DNA from: Dehalococcoidia bacterium
GTDB taxonomy: Bacteria; Chloroflexota; Dehalococcoidia; Lucifugimonadales; GCA-2712585
DNA length: 64,000 nt
Assembly: GCA_965238215.1 (NCBI GenBank)
Contig: OZ250180.1
Coordinates: forward strand, 25,648-89,647
Reading direction: 5' to 3'
This document shows positions 49,671 through 59,155 of the stretch, in pieces. The notes under the pieces were generated by a model. It saw nothing but the letters and a program-made list of their open reading frames with translations, did no database searches and was not told where the DNA came from. The translations under genes were made by a program, and so were the position numbers. How positions within the stretch are numbered: position 1 is the first letter of the stretch; the number at the start of each line of letters is the position of its first letter.

Positions 49671-52600
49671 CTAGATGTAGTAACAGGAACCAGTTCGATA
49701 TACGCGGAGTTGGTTTGGGTCGCCAGGGAGAATGATCGCGATACCCGTGACATCGGCGCCATCGACCACGACTGGAGTCCCCTCATTTGTGTACCGCGTG
49801 AACCCGGTGGAATCATATGCGCCCACGTAATTGCATTCGCTATTGCCGATAAACAGGTAGTACGACTCGTCTGGCACACGTATGAGGAAGCTTCCGTCGG
49901 TCTCGGTATAGTCGTAGTCGTCGATGGGCATACCTCCGTAATTCTCGGTCTGGACGTCATGAGCGTATACAAATACGTCCTCCAGCGGCTCTCCGTTTGG
50001 CCCTGTCACAGTGCCTTGAATGGAGTAGTAGGGCTTTGCGTACACTTTACCATCACACGATGGCAATCCGACCGAAGGAAGGTCGGTATTGGGAATCTCC
50101 CACAGGGATTCGGGTATGCACCCTGCCAGATTGCGGTTTCCGCCGAGCCCCAACCATTCCAGATTGAAGAGATCCCCTAGCTCATTGGGGATATCTCCAC
50201 TCAGCCGATTGCGACTTAGGTGGAGAGAGTCCAAGTTTGTGAGATAACCTAACTCTGCTGGGATCTCGCCGGTCAACAGGTTGTTGTCAAGGGACAGGGA
50301 ATACAGGTCAAACAGATCGCCAAGCTCCCGCGGGATCTCTCCGCTCAAACGGTTCCGACTTAGGTACAAGCCTTGCAATTTTGAGAGGTCTCCCAACTCC
50401 CGCGGAATCTCGCCACTCAACTGGTTCCCCCACAGAAACAGGGACGACAGCTTCGAGAGGTTGCCCAGCTCCCGAGGAATCTCCCCGGTCAACTGATTCC
50501 TATACAGGGTCAGGGATATCACTTTACGGAGCTTGCCCAGCTCCCCCGGGATCTCCCCACTTAACCGATTCTTATCTAGGTGCATAAATATCACGGATGA
50601 TAGGTTGCCCAACTCCGGCGGGATTTCTCCACTTAGCTGGTTCTCTGAAAGGAGCAGGTTCCGCAACCTTGTGGGGCTGCCCAGCTCTGACGGGATCTCT
50701 CCCCTCAACTGGTTCTGGCCCAGGCGCAGGACTTCTAGTCTCAATAGGCTGCCCAACTTCGGCGGGATCTCTCCCACCAAATGATTATCAGTAAGAGACA
50801 AATCTTTTAGGTATGACAAGTTGCCCAATTCCGGCGGGATCTCTCCCCTCAAGCGGTTGCCCTGGAGGGACAACGCAGTAACACGACCCCTTCGGTCGGT
50901 GGTAATGCCGTTCCACCTGCTCAACGGAAGATCGGTATCCCAGTTATTGTTGTTGTTCCAATTCGCGCCGTTCGTGGCATTGTAGAACGAAACAAGCACG
51001 GCCCTATCATCGGCTGAAGTCGACAAAATCGTGGTCCCGGTGGCCATGTTCGACGCAGGCCCCGTACCGGCAGAATTGATTGCAGAGACTCGGTAGTGGC
51101 GCGTGATTTCTGCCTCTAATCCAAGGTGAGAGTAGGTGGCGGCGCTGTCTCCGGTATCGGCCGATAGATCCCTCCACCTCGAACCGTCTTCGGATACTTC
51201 AATGCGGTAACCAGTGATGTTCGCGCCGCCATCGTCGGCCGGCACGGTCCACGACAGGTCTATCCACTTTTCCCAGTTGGCAGTGGCGGTCAATTCTGTC
51301 GGTTCCACAGGCGCCGTTGCGGGAGCCGTTATCCCGATGGCAGTGATTGACGTCTCTCCCGTACCGGCGGAGTTGATGGCCGAAACCCGGTAGTGGTGCG
51401 TGGCTCCACCCCTCAATCCGGAGTGAGAGTGCGTGGTCTCGATCACACCGGTATCGGCAACAAGGTCGCTCCAATCTAAACCGTCTTCGGACACTTCAAT
51501 GCGGTAGCCCGCGACGTCCGCCCCACCGTCGTCGGATGGCGCCATCCACGATAGGTCGATCCACGTTTCTCCATTCCTTGTGGCGGTCAACTCTCTCGGT
51601 TCACCAGGTACGGTCGCGGGAGCGGTAATCCCGGTGGCGACGTCGGACGCTGGACCAGTGCCGGCGGAGTTGATGGCATAAACACGGTAGTGACGTGTGT
51701 CCTCCCCTCTCAATCCAGTGTGGGTATATGTAGTAGTCGAAGTCTCAGTGTTGGTTACCAGATCGCTCCAATTTGAGCCGTCGCCGGACACCTCGATGCG
51801 GTAGCCTGTAATGTACGCTCCGCCGTCGTCGGCTGGTGTGGACCACGACAGGTCGATCCGCCGTCCCACATCCTGCGAGGCCCTTAGTTCCAATGGCGCA
51901 TCAGGCACAGTCGGGGGAGCGGTGGCGCCGGTAGCGGCGTTTGATGGAGGCCCTGCGCCGGCGGAGTTGATGGCCGAGACCCGGTAGTGACGGTTGGACC
52001 CACCCCTCAATTCGGTGTCGGGGTAGGCGGTGTCGGTAGATCCGGTGTCGGTTTCCAGATCGATCCACGTCGAATTGTCCGAAGACACTTGAATGCGGTA
52101 GCCGGTGATGTTCGCACCGCCGTCGTCAGGCGGCGTCGTCCACGATAGGTCGATTCGCCTTTCCAAGCCGGCGGTGGCCGTCAATTCAGTTGGCGCGTCT
52201 GGCACGGTGGCGGGCGCCGATATTCCGGTAGCAAAATTCGATGCGGGTCCCGTACCAGCGGAGTTGATGGCAAAGACTCGGTAGTGACGCGTGGTTTCGC
52301 CTCTCAATCCGGTGTGGGAGTGTGTGGTAGCTGTAGTCTCTGTGTTAGTCACCAGATTGCTCCAAGTCGAGCCGTTTTCGGACACCTCAATGCGGTAACC
52401 AGAAATCTCCGCTCCGCCATCGTCGGACGGGGCGGACCACTTGAGGTCGATCCGTTTTACTGCGTCTTTGGTGGCGGCCAATCCTCTCGACACCCCAGGC
52501 ACGGTTGCGGGAGCCGTAATCCCGATAGCAACGTTCGATGCCGGACCCGTACCGGCGGAGTTAATGGCCGAAACTCGGTATTGACGCGAGGTATCCACTT

Positions 52601-53258
52601 CTAATTCAGTTTGTGTATACATTGTGGCAGTGCTTTCGGTGTTGGCAACTACATCGATCCATGTCGAACTGTTCGCCGACACCTCAATGCGGTAGCCAGT
52701 GATGTCAGTCCCGCCGTCGTCATACGGGGCTGTCCAGGACAGGTCTATCCGCCTTTCTTCGTCCCTTGTCGCAGTCAACACACTTGGCGCTTCCGGCACC
52801 GTTGCCGGAGCAGTAATCCCGGTGGCAATGCTCGACGCCAGACCCGTGCCGGCGGAGTTGATGGCCGAGACCCGGTAGTGACGCTTGGTTTCCACATTCA
52901 ATCCGGTGTGCGCGCGGGTGGTGTCGGAGGCTCCTGTGTCGGCCGCCAGATCGCTCCAGGCTGTTCGGTCTGCCGACACCTCAATACGGTAGCCAGTGAT
53001 GTCCGCTCCGCCATCGTCGGACGGCGCGGTCCACGACAGGCTGATCCGCTCGTCACCATCCTTCGTGGCCGTCAGTCCCGACGGCGCCCCAGGGGTCGTT
53101 GCCGGTTGGACGGTGGGTATGCTGGTTGGTGCAATTGTAGGAACCGGCGTATGCACGGGCGTTGCCGCTTGCGTGGCACTAGGCGTGGGCGTTTGGGTAA
53201 CCGCGGGTGCCTGACTATCGCTGCAGGCGTTTAGAGCGGCGACAACGAATAGGACCAT
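49671..53258 (-). CDS. Giant lipoprotein: Pro/Thr linker, 7 fibronectin type III domains, LRR N-cap, 11 plant-type LRRs, C-terminal carboxypeptidase-regulatory-like beta domain
   Basis: MVLFVVAALNAC lipobox. Seven units of exactly 99 aa (RIDLSW...GYRIEVS...RHYRVSAINSAGTGPAS). Cap DRAVLVSFYNATNGANW...WNGITT. Eleven 24-aa units LxxLxLxxNxLSGEIPxELGxLxx. Tail YSIQGTVTGPNGEPLEDVFVYAHD. Confidence 0.9.
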   Translation of the reverse strand: MVLFVVAALNACSDSQAPAVTQTPTPSATQAATPVHTPVPTIAPTSIPTVQPATTPGAPSGLTATKDGDERISLSWTAPSDDGGADITGYRIEVSADRTAWSDLAADTGASDTTRAHTGLNVETKRHYRVSAINSAGTGLASSIATGITAPATVPEAPSVLTATRDEERRIDLSWTAPYDDGGTDITGYRIEVSANSSTWIDVVANTESTATMYTQTELEVDTSRQYRVSAINSAGTGPASNVAIGITAPATVPGVSRGLAATKDAVKRIDLKWSAPSDDGGAEISGYRIEVSENGSTWSNLVTNTETTATTHSHTGLRGETTRHYRVFAINSAGTGPASNFATGISAPATVPDAPTELTATAGLERRIDLSWTTPPDDGGANITGYRIQVSSDNSTWIDLETDTGSTDTAYPDTELRGGSNRHYRVSAINSAGAGPPSNAATGATAPPTVPDAPLELRASQDVGRRIDLSWSTPADDGGAYITGYRIEVSGDGSNWSDLVTNTETSTTTYTHTGLRGEDTRHYRVYAINSAGTGPASDVATGITAPATVPGEPRELTATRNGETWIDLSWMAPSDDGGADVAGYRIEVSEDGLDWSDLVADTGVIETTHSHSGLRGGATHHYRVSAINSAGTGETSITAIGITAPATAPVEPTELTATANWEKWIDLSWTVPADDGGANITGYRIEVSEDGSRWRDLSADTGDSAATYSHLGLEAEITRHYRVSAINSAGTGPASNMATGTTILSTSADDRAVLVSFYNATNGANWNNNNNWDTDLPLSRWNGITTDRRGRVTALSLQGNRLRGEIPPELGNLSYLKDLSLTDNHLVGEIPPKLGSLLRLEVLRLGQNQLRGEIPSELGSPTRLRNLLLSENQLSGEIPPELGNLSSVIFMHLDKNRLSGEIPGELGKLRKVISLTLYRNQLTGEIPRELGNLSKLSSLFLWGNQLSGEIPRELGDLSKLQGLYLSRNRLSGEIPRELGDLFDLYSLSLDNNLLTGEIPAELGYLTNLDSLHLSRNRLSGDIPNELGDLFNLEWLGLGGNRNLAGCIPESLWEIPNTDLPSVGLPSCDGKVYAKPYYSIQGTVTGPNGEPLEDVFVYAHDVQTENYGGMPIDDYDYTETDGSFLIRVPDESYYLFIGNSECNYVGAYDSTGFTRYTNEGTPVVVDGADVTGIAIILPGDPNQLRVYRTGSCYYI
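50091..50882 (-). repeat. Eleven tandem 72-nt LRR-coding repeats
   Basis: 24-aa periodicity of GEIP.ELG.L across residues about 793-1056 of the protein. Confidence 0.9.
51030..53093 (-). repeat. Seven tandem 297-nt fn3-coding repeats
   Basis: CCGGCGGAGTTGATGGC and its variants recur about every 297 nt (near 51065, 51365, 51661, 51958, 52255, 52552, 52849). Confidence 0.9.
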
Positions 53259-53584
53259 TAATAGGGTGGCTAGGCACGTTGGACGAGGAGCGAGTGAGGC
53301 TATGGTGGTCTCCTAGCTGCGTAAGCGCGTCAAATGGCATTCCCTGGTGGGTCGCACAATTGTACAAGAAATGTGACTACCTTGAAACATCAGTACAGAG
53401 TTATTGACCACCTGAGCTCGAGTTCTCGCCCCACGCACTCTGTTCCTGGTATCCAGGACGCGCCGAGCCCTTGACTCTCTCCACCCACACTGGTTCAGGT
53501 AATAACACTAGGTGCCGTAGGCGGCGAATGTCATCACCGTTCCCGCCAGTCTTGACCGCTGAGCCAGGGAAGGAGAAGTGAAAT

Positions 53585-53632
53585 GGGTGCGGACGGTAAA
53601 TAGGTTCATGGGCCTGCTTACCGTCCGCACCC
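53585..53632 (-). terminator. Long stem-loop downstream of the DppB-like permease gene
   Basis: A 15-bp perfect stem GGGTGCGGACGGTAA / TTACCGTCCGCACCC with an 18-nt loop, about 100 nt past the stop at 53736. It is followed on the minus strand by ATTTCACTTCTCC. Confidence 0.5.
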
Positions 53633-53735
53633 TAGCAACAACTTTCTCAACCGCGAGTTGACTATTGCACTATGAAGGCAATGATTAGTTAGCCTCTGCT
53701 TGGAAGGCTCTGAATTCTTCTATTTTCCGAGGCTT

Positions 53736-54680
53736 CTAGCTGTAGCGGATGCGGGGGTCCAGGTAGGCGCAGAGGATGTCTACGACGAGGTTGGAGACGA
53801 TGAAGATGCTGGCCATAAACACCACCACCGCCTGCACCACCTGGGAGTCTCTAGCCTGCACGGCTTCCACCGCCAGCAACCCGGTGCCGGGCCAGGCGAA
53901 CACCGTTTCCGTCACCACCAAACCGGTGAGCAGGGAGCCGGCCACCAGTCCGAACTGGGTGAGGGGAGCGATGGCGGCGTTGCGCAGACAGTGCTTCCAA
54001 AAGACCTTCCATTCCGACAGGCCCTTGATTCGGGCCAACTTCACGTATTCGCTGTCCAGCGCTTCCAACATGGCGGAGCGGGTCAGGCGCATGAGGGCCG
54101 CTACGTTGAACCAGCCCAGCGTGATAGCGGGCATTATCATGTGGGCTATGCCCCCTCTGCCCGAGGTGGGCAGCCAGCCAAGGAGGACGGCAAACACCCA
54201 TATGAGCACAATGCCCAGCCAGAAGCTTGGCAGGGACTGCCCAAGGAGACCGACGATCTTGCCTCCATAGTCGAAGGGCGTATCCTTCTTGATAGCCACA
54301 AGGATACCGATTGATATACCAAGGAAGGTGCTTATCGTCAGAGTAAAGGCTGCCAGTTGGAGCGTGGCGGGGAACTTTTCGAAGACTATCTCACGTGCGC
54401 CGCCGCCCCATTTCCAAGATTCGCCCCAGTCTCCTTGCAACACGTTCTTCACGTAAATGCCGTACTGGACGACCATGGGTTTGTCCAAGCCCCAGGCCTT
54501 TTCTACCCGTTCGAAGTCCGCCGGGGCAGCGTTGAAGTGCAGCACGTTGCCGCTGAGACGGGTGAGGAAGAAAACAAGCATTGAGACGCCGATGAGCGCT
54601 AAGATAGATTGGCCAACCCGAAAGATTAGGTATCTCTGCATTTCGTGCACCTCTCTAAAATCTGGAGTGCGGACCCCCAT
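53736..54680 (-). CDS. ABC transporter permease, DppB/OppB-like (peptide/nickel family)
   Basis: N-terminal MQRYLIFRVGQSILALIGVSMLVFFL, an EAA-like loop (YVKLARIKGLSEWKVFWKHCLRNA), six TM helices, 314 aa. Confidence 0.85.
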   Translation of the reverse strand: MGVRTPDFREVHEMQRYLIFRVGQSILALIGVSMLVFFLTRLSGNVLHFNAAPADFERVEKAWGLDKPMVVQYGIYVKNVLQGDWGESWKWGGGAREIVFEKFPATLQLAAFTLTISTFLGISIGILVAIKKDTPFDYGGKIVGLLGQSLPSFWLGIVLIWVFAVLLGWLPTSGRGGIAHMIMPAITLGWFNVAALMRLTRSAMLEALDSEYVKLARIKGLSEWKVFWKHCLRNAAIAPLTQFGLVAGSLLTGLVVTETVFAWPGTGLLAVEAVQARDSQVVQAVVVFMASIFIVSNLVVDILCAYLDPRIRYS

Positions 54681-55283
54681 TGAAGAGTCCTGTAAAGGTT
54701 GGAATCCTGCGCCAAGAGCGCGATAGACGAGATAGTAGAATAAATGATTAGTCCATCAAAACTGGGATATTTCTTGCCCTATCATATATGTACTGCAAGA
54801 CTTCTTCTCTGTCAAATGGTGAGTGAATGTAATCAATCGGAAAACGGGACCGCACCAGTAGACGTTGCTTATGGATATGAGACAAATTGGACGAGGAGCG
54901 TACGTGTGGGCATGCCTGGCCTCCGGAAGACCTATTATGTTAGGCTTGGAACCGTCATTGATCTCCAAGCCGCGCCAGTTTAGCGGCGGCATCCCATCAT
55001 CTAATCTCCCTGTGCCGGATACAGGCTCAGCGGATGCCTGTTCCCACGGCTGGTGATCATTGCGGTCAACGTCAAAAATTGCGTGTAAGCGTAGTACGTG
55101 ATCCAGCCCGTAATTAAATTGGAATCGGGAGGCGGGTCAATTCTCCCTTTGAGGTAGAAAGCTAAGATGGGTGTGAAAACCTATAATCACACTCTCTCTG
55201 AGGGCGATTCATCCAAGAGAATCGGGCGTTTAAGGTCCCGATTCTCCACGTCGCTCCCAAAGCAGCAGAGGAGGCACAACGTC

Positions 55284-56945
55284 ATGCCAATAATGACCGG
55301 AAAACAGGCCCTAATGGAGATGCTGCGGGCCGAAGGAGTGCGTTACGTCTTTGGCAACCCCGGAACCAGCGAAAGCGCGATTATGTCTTCGCTGCCCGAC
55401 TACCAGGACATCAAATATGTGCTGGTGACCCAGGAAGGGGTAGCGATGGGCATGGCCGATGGCTACAGCTCTGCGACGGGAGGTCCCTCTCTGGTCAACC
55501 TGCACATCGAGACCGGCCTCGCCAACGGCATAAGCCTGCTGCAACATGCAATGGACGGCGGTGTTCCCCTGGTGCTGACCGCCGGTAACAAAGACATCCG
55601 CAAGCTCACCGAGGGACGCTCCGATTTGGTAGAGATGGTGCGCCAGTTTACCAAGTGGAGTGGTGAAGTCACCCACCCGGAGCAAATGCCGGGGATGCTG
55701 CGCCGGGCATTCAACGAGGCCAAGACCCCACCCACCGGCCCCACCTTTGTAGACTTTGCCGCCAATGCCCTGGAGGACACCGCAGAGATGGAGATCATTC
55801 CCTCATCCACCGGGTACTTTCAGTTAAGCCCAGACCCGGCGGCAATACAGGCAGCTGCCGACCTGTTATCCCGGTCCGCACGCCCCATAATGGTGGTGGG
55901 CGACCGGTTGGCCCAGTCCCAGGGCGTGGCCGCCGCTGTCCAGCTGGCGGAGTTGCTGGGCGCCCAGGTCTACACCACGTCCTATGCACGGATGAACTTT
56001 CCGTCGGGACACCCTCAATTTCTGGGCCGGATCAACCCGACGCTACCTGCCTCGCGGGAGATGTTGTCCTCCGGAGACGTAGTCCTAGCGGTGGGCACCA
56101 ACGTTTTCTCCGGTTTCTTCTACTTTTCCGGACGAAGCTTGGCCGCATCTACCAAACTGATCCACGTGGACTCGGCCCAACGGGAGGTAGGCAAGTCCGA
56201 GCCCACCGACGTTGGCATAATCGCCGACCCCAGGACTGCCCTCCAGTGCTTGATCGATGCAGTCAGCGATGATATGTCGGGGTTGCAGCGCGAGGCGGCC
56301 CGTCTGCAGGCCACGGTTGTATCCGAGCAAAAATCGGCCAATCAGGCTGCTTGGAATGCTCGGCTGAAGCGACGCTGGCAGCAGAAGCCCATGTCTCCAG
56401 AACGAATGATGACCGAGTTGGCGCGGGCGCTGCCAGCCGATGCCATCGTCGTAGACGACTCCATCAGTTCTAAGGACGCTCTTCACGGGGCGGTGGAGTT
56501 CAACGAGGCTGACAGTATCTACGGGGAGCGGATCGGGGCCATTGGATGGGGAATGGGTGGCGCGATGGGCGTGAAATTAGCCCACCCTAACCGACCTGTC
56601 ATTGCCGTGGTCGGGGACGGTAGCGCGATGATGACGGTGCAGGCCCTGTGGACGGCGGCCAACGAGAACATCCCGGTGGTCTACCTGATTTGCAACAATC
56701 GCTCATACCGCATACTAAAGATCAATATGGACGTTTACAAAACGCAGGTGCTGGAAGAAGCACGGCCTGAAGAATACATGGGCATGGACTTTCCCTTGCC
56801 TTTGAACATTGCGGGGATAGCCAATGCCATCGGTGTCTACGGACGTACTATAGAAGACCCGGAGGAGCTGGCGCCGGCCATGCGGCAAGCGGTGGAGTCG
56901 GGCCGCCCAGTGGTATTGGACGTGGTAATCGACGGCATCCTATAG
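55284..56945 (+). CDS. Thiamine-diphosphate-dependent enzyme (acetolactate synthase / benzoylformate decarboxylase superfamily)
   Basis: Start at Met40 of the track ORF after AGGAGG. GVRYVFGNPGTSE (PYR domain), GDGSAMMT...NN (ThDP-binding motif). Confidence 0.85.
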   Translation: MPIMTGKQALMEMLRAEGVRYVFGNPGTSESAIMSSLPDYQDIKYVLVTQEGVAMGMADGYSSATGGPSLVNLHIETGLANGISLLQHAMDGGVPLVLTAGNKDIRKLTEGRSDLVEMVRQFTKWSGEVTHPEQMPGMLRRAFNEAKTPPTGPTFVDFAANALEDTAEMEIIPSSTGYFQLSPDPAAIQAAADLLSRSARPIMVVGDRLAQSQGVAAAVQLAELLGAQVYTTSYARMNFPSGHPQFLGRINPTLPASREMLSSGDVVLAVGTNVFSGFFYFSGRSLAASTKLIHVDSAQREVGKSEPTDVGIIADPRTALQCLIDAVSDDMSGLQREAARLQATVVSEQKSANQAAWNARLKRRWQQKPMSPERMMTELARALPADAIVVDDSISSKDALHGAVEFNEADSIYGERIGAIGWGMGGAMGVKLAHPNRPVIAVVGDGSAMMTVQALWTAANENIPVVYLICNNRSYRILKINMDVYKTQVLEEARPEEYMGMDFPLPLNIAGIANAIGVYGRTIEDPEELAPAMRQAVESGRPVVLDVVIDGIL

Positions 56946-57059
56946 CTGAACCGCAACGTTGGTCATTCGTCGGCTTCCTAGGAATCTGAGGATGGCGGGC
57001 ACGATAATGGCTACGGAAACCCGTCACGTGGGAACCCGGTAGGACAGGTCTCGCAAAAG

Positions 57060-57584
57060 CTACAGTTCTCCAAGCAGCCGGTCTACCAGCCTCTTCAGTG
57101 GCCCTTCCGTCTTCGTCGGGCCGACGACCTTTGAGATCGACGACAACTCCAGGATAGAGTCTTCCTCATTGGCGGCAGCCTCCACCGCCGCCAAGGCTTC
57201 CTGCCACGGCTGGGCATCATTAGGGTCGAGGTCGAGGGGGGAAAAGCCAGCGGGCAGCGGCAGAGTGAACATTGATTCACTTTCGGCTCCTACCAGTAGG
57301 ACCAGGGTGGGATAGGAGTCATCCTCTAAGCCAAATTCCCGCAACAGACGGCGTGCGGTGGAGGACAGGCCGTGTTGTCCGAAGATGGCAAGGTGCCGAA
57401 AGCCGGCGTTGAGAGACTCGAAGCTGCTGCGAAAGCTACGGAATACGTCGTGGGCCAGACGGTCCTTTGAGGATACTAGGAACATCGCGTGTACCGGGAA
57501 ATGCCTGTTGGGTTCCTGGGATAGGGCGTTAGCCCAACGTGTCAACTTATCTCGGTCGTGGTTTTCGGCATAGATGTTGCTCAT
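57060..57584 (-). CDS. Hypothetical protein, 174 aa
   Basis: Clean ORF with an ATG start and plausible globular composition. I recognise no motif. Confidence 0.5.
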   Translation of the reverse strand: MSNIYAENHDRDKLTRWANALSQEPNRHFPVHAMFLVSSKDRLAHDVFRSFRSSFESLNAGFRHLAIFGQHGLSSTARRLLREFGLEDDSYPTLVLLVGAESESMFTLPLPAGFSPLDLDPNDAQPWQEALAAVEAAANEEDSILELSSISKVVGPTKTEGPLKRLVDRLLGEL

Positions 57585-58095
57585 GATAATTTCACCAAAT
57601 TCTTGGGGCCAACGATGGAGCTACTTGCCCAACCTGCAATAGAAAGTTCTCTCGTCTCGAGCTCTTCATCATCCATAGGCTTGTGTTCGTATTGCTTGCC
57701 TCACGATGACTCCAAAATCCCATAAGAAGTCATCGCTCAAAGATACAAGAGAATATAAATCATCGTTACAACCACGTCGCCTGTTTCCCTAAAGTCCATT
57801 GTGACAAAGCCATGCTCCCCAAGGATTTACGCAAGAAAGTCCGATTCTGCTTAAACGCCCTTGATACACGCCTAGGGGGTATCCAACATCAGGCGCCGTC
57901 ACTGTGCAAACACTACCATAGTTATCACTACCGCTCACGTGCCATAAAGCGTGTCCTATTATCACCTGAAGAATCGACTTGACTTTGGGCACTTTCGGAA
58001 ACCTTGCGTAGAGTGGAGTTCGCGGAATCGGTTTCATAGACTTGCGACAATATATCGACTAAAATTCAGAGCAGGTAAATTGAGGAGCGACAACT

Positions 58096-58920
58096 TTGGA
58101 AGATAAGGATTTGAAGGATTCCAACTACATAATGGGTTACAGCGGCGAATTTCAACAGCTTCTACGCCGCCGCAGCGCTGAGACCAACGCGGCCCACCTG
58201 CTGCCCCATCTAAAGCCAGGTCTTCGCCTCTTGGACTTCGGTTGTCGGCCCGGGTCGATTACTGTTGGGCTGGCTAATGCCGTTAATCCAGGCGAGGTCC
58301 ATGGCATCGACATGGAAGAGTCTCAGATTAACGTCGCCAGAACCGTCGCCAAGGCAGGCGGACATGAAAACGTATTTTTCCACGTTGGTGACGTGACCGC
58401 CCTACCTTTTAAGGACAACTTCTTCGACGTGGCCCACTGCCATGCCGTTCTAATGCACGTTCCTGATACTACGGCTACTTTGGCCGAAGTAAAACGGGTC
58501 CTGAAATCCGGCGGAATAATCGCCAGCCGAGAGATGTTCATATCCTGCTCCTTCTTGTCACCTCAAGACGGCGGAGTGGACGACGCGTGGGCGGTCTTCG
58601 CAGATCTGCTGACCGCTAACGGCGGGCGCCCTGAAATGGGTACGGAGTTGAAAGACACCTTTCTTCAAGCAGGGTTTCGAGGCGTCCGCGCCGGGGCTTC
58701 CTTTGACTTCTTCGGTACGAAGGAAGACGTTGAGTTTATTCACGGATTTATCAGCGACTGATTCTATACTCCCGATGTTATGGCAGCAGCTATCAAGTTG
58801 GGTCTTGCCACGCAAGAGCAGTTCGGCAGATGGCGCAAAGAGCTAGACCTCTGGAGGGATCATCCCGGCGCTTGTGGCGGCTTCGCCTTCGGCCACGCAA
58901 TCGCCTCCAAGCCCGGCTAG
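58096..58920 (+). pseudogene. Class I SAM-dependent methyltransferase with an in-frame TGA and an altered SAM-binding loop
   Basis: LLDFGCRPGSITVGLA (canonical GxGxG reads G-C-R-P-G), FDVAHCHAVLMHV, LKSGGII. After FISD comes TGA at 58759-58761, and the frame continues FYTPDVMAAAIKLGLATQEQFGRWRKELDLWRDHPGACGGFAFGHAIASKPG to the TAG at 58918-58920. Confidence 0.65.
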
Positions 58921-59155
58921 ACCTGTATTGGTACTGGGTTGCCCGTATCCTCTCCTTGACATGGGCTAGCCTAACTGGCGGACCACCGCTCCGAAGGGAA
59001 TCAACTGGGTTAAACTAGTCCTACCTTCCGGATCCACCTCACCCCTTAGCCTGCCAGGCCTGCAGCCCCAACTTGACGTCCGTTCCGGCCATCGCGAGAA
59101 GTTCAGCGGATGTAAGGGCCTGGGCGTCAGTCGATTCCTGAAGACCGGAGGCGGA

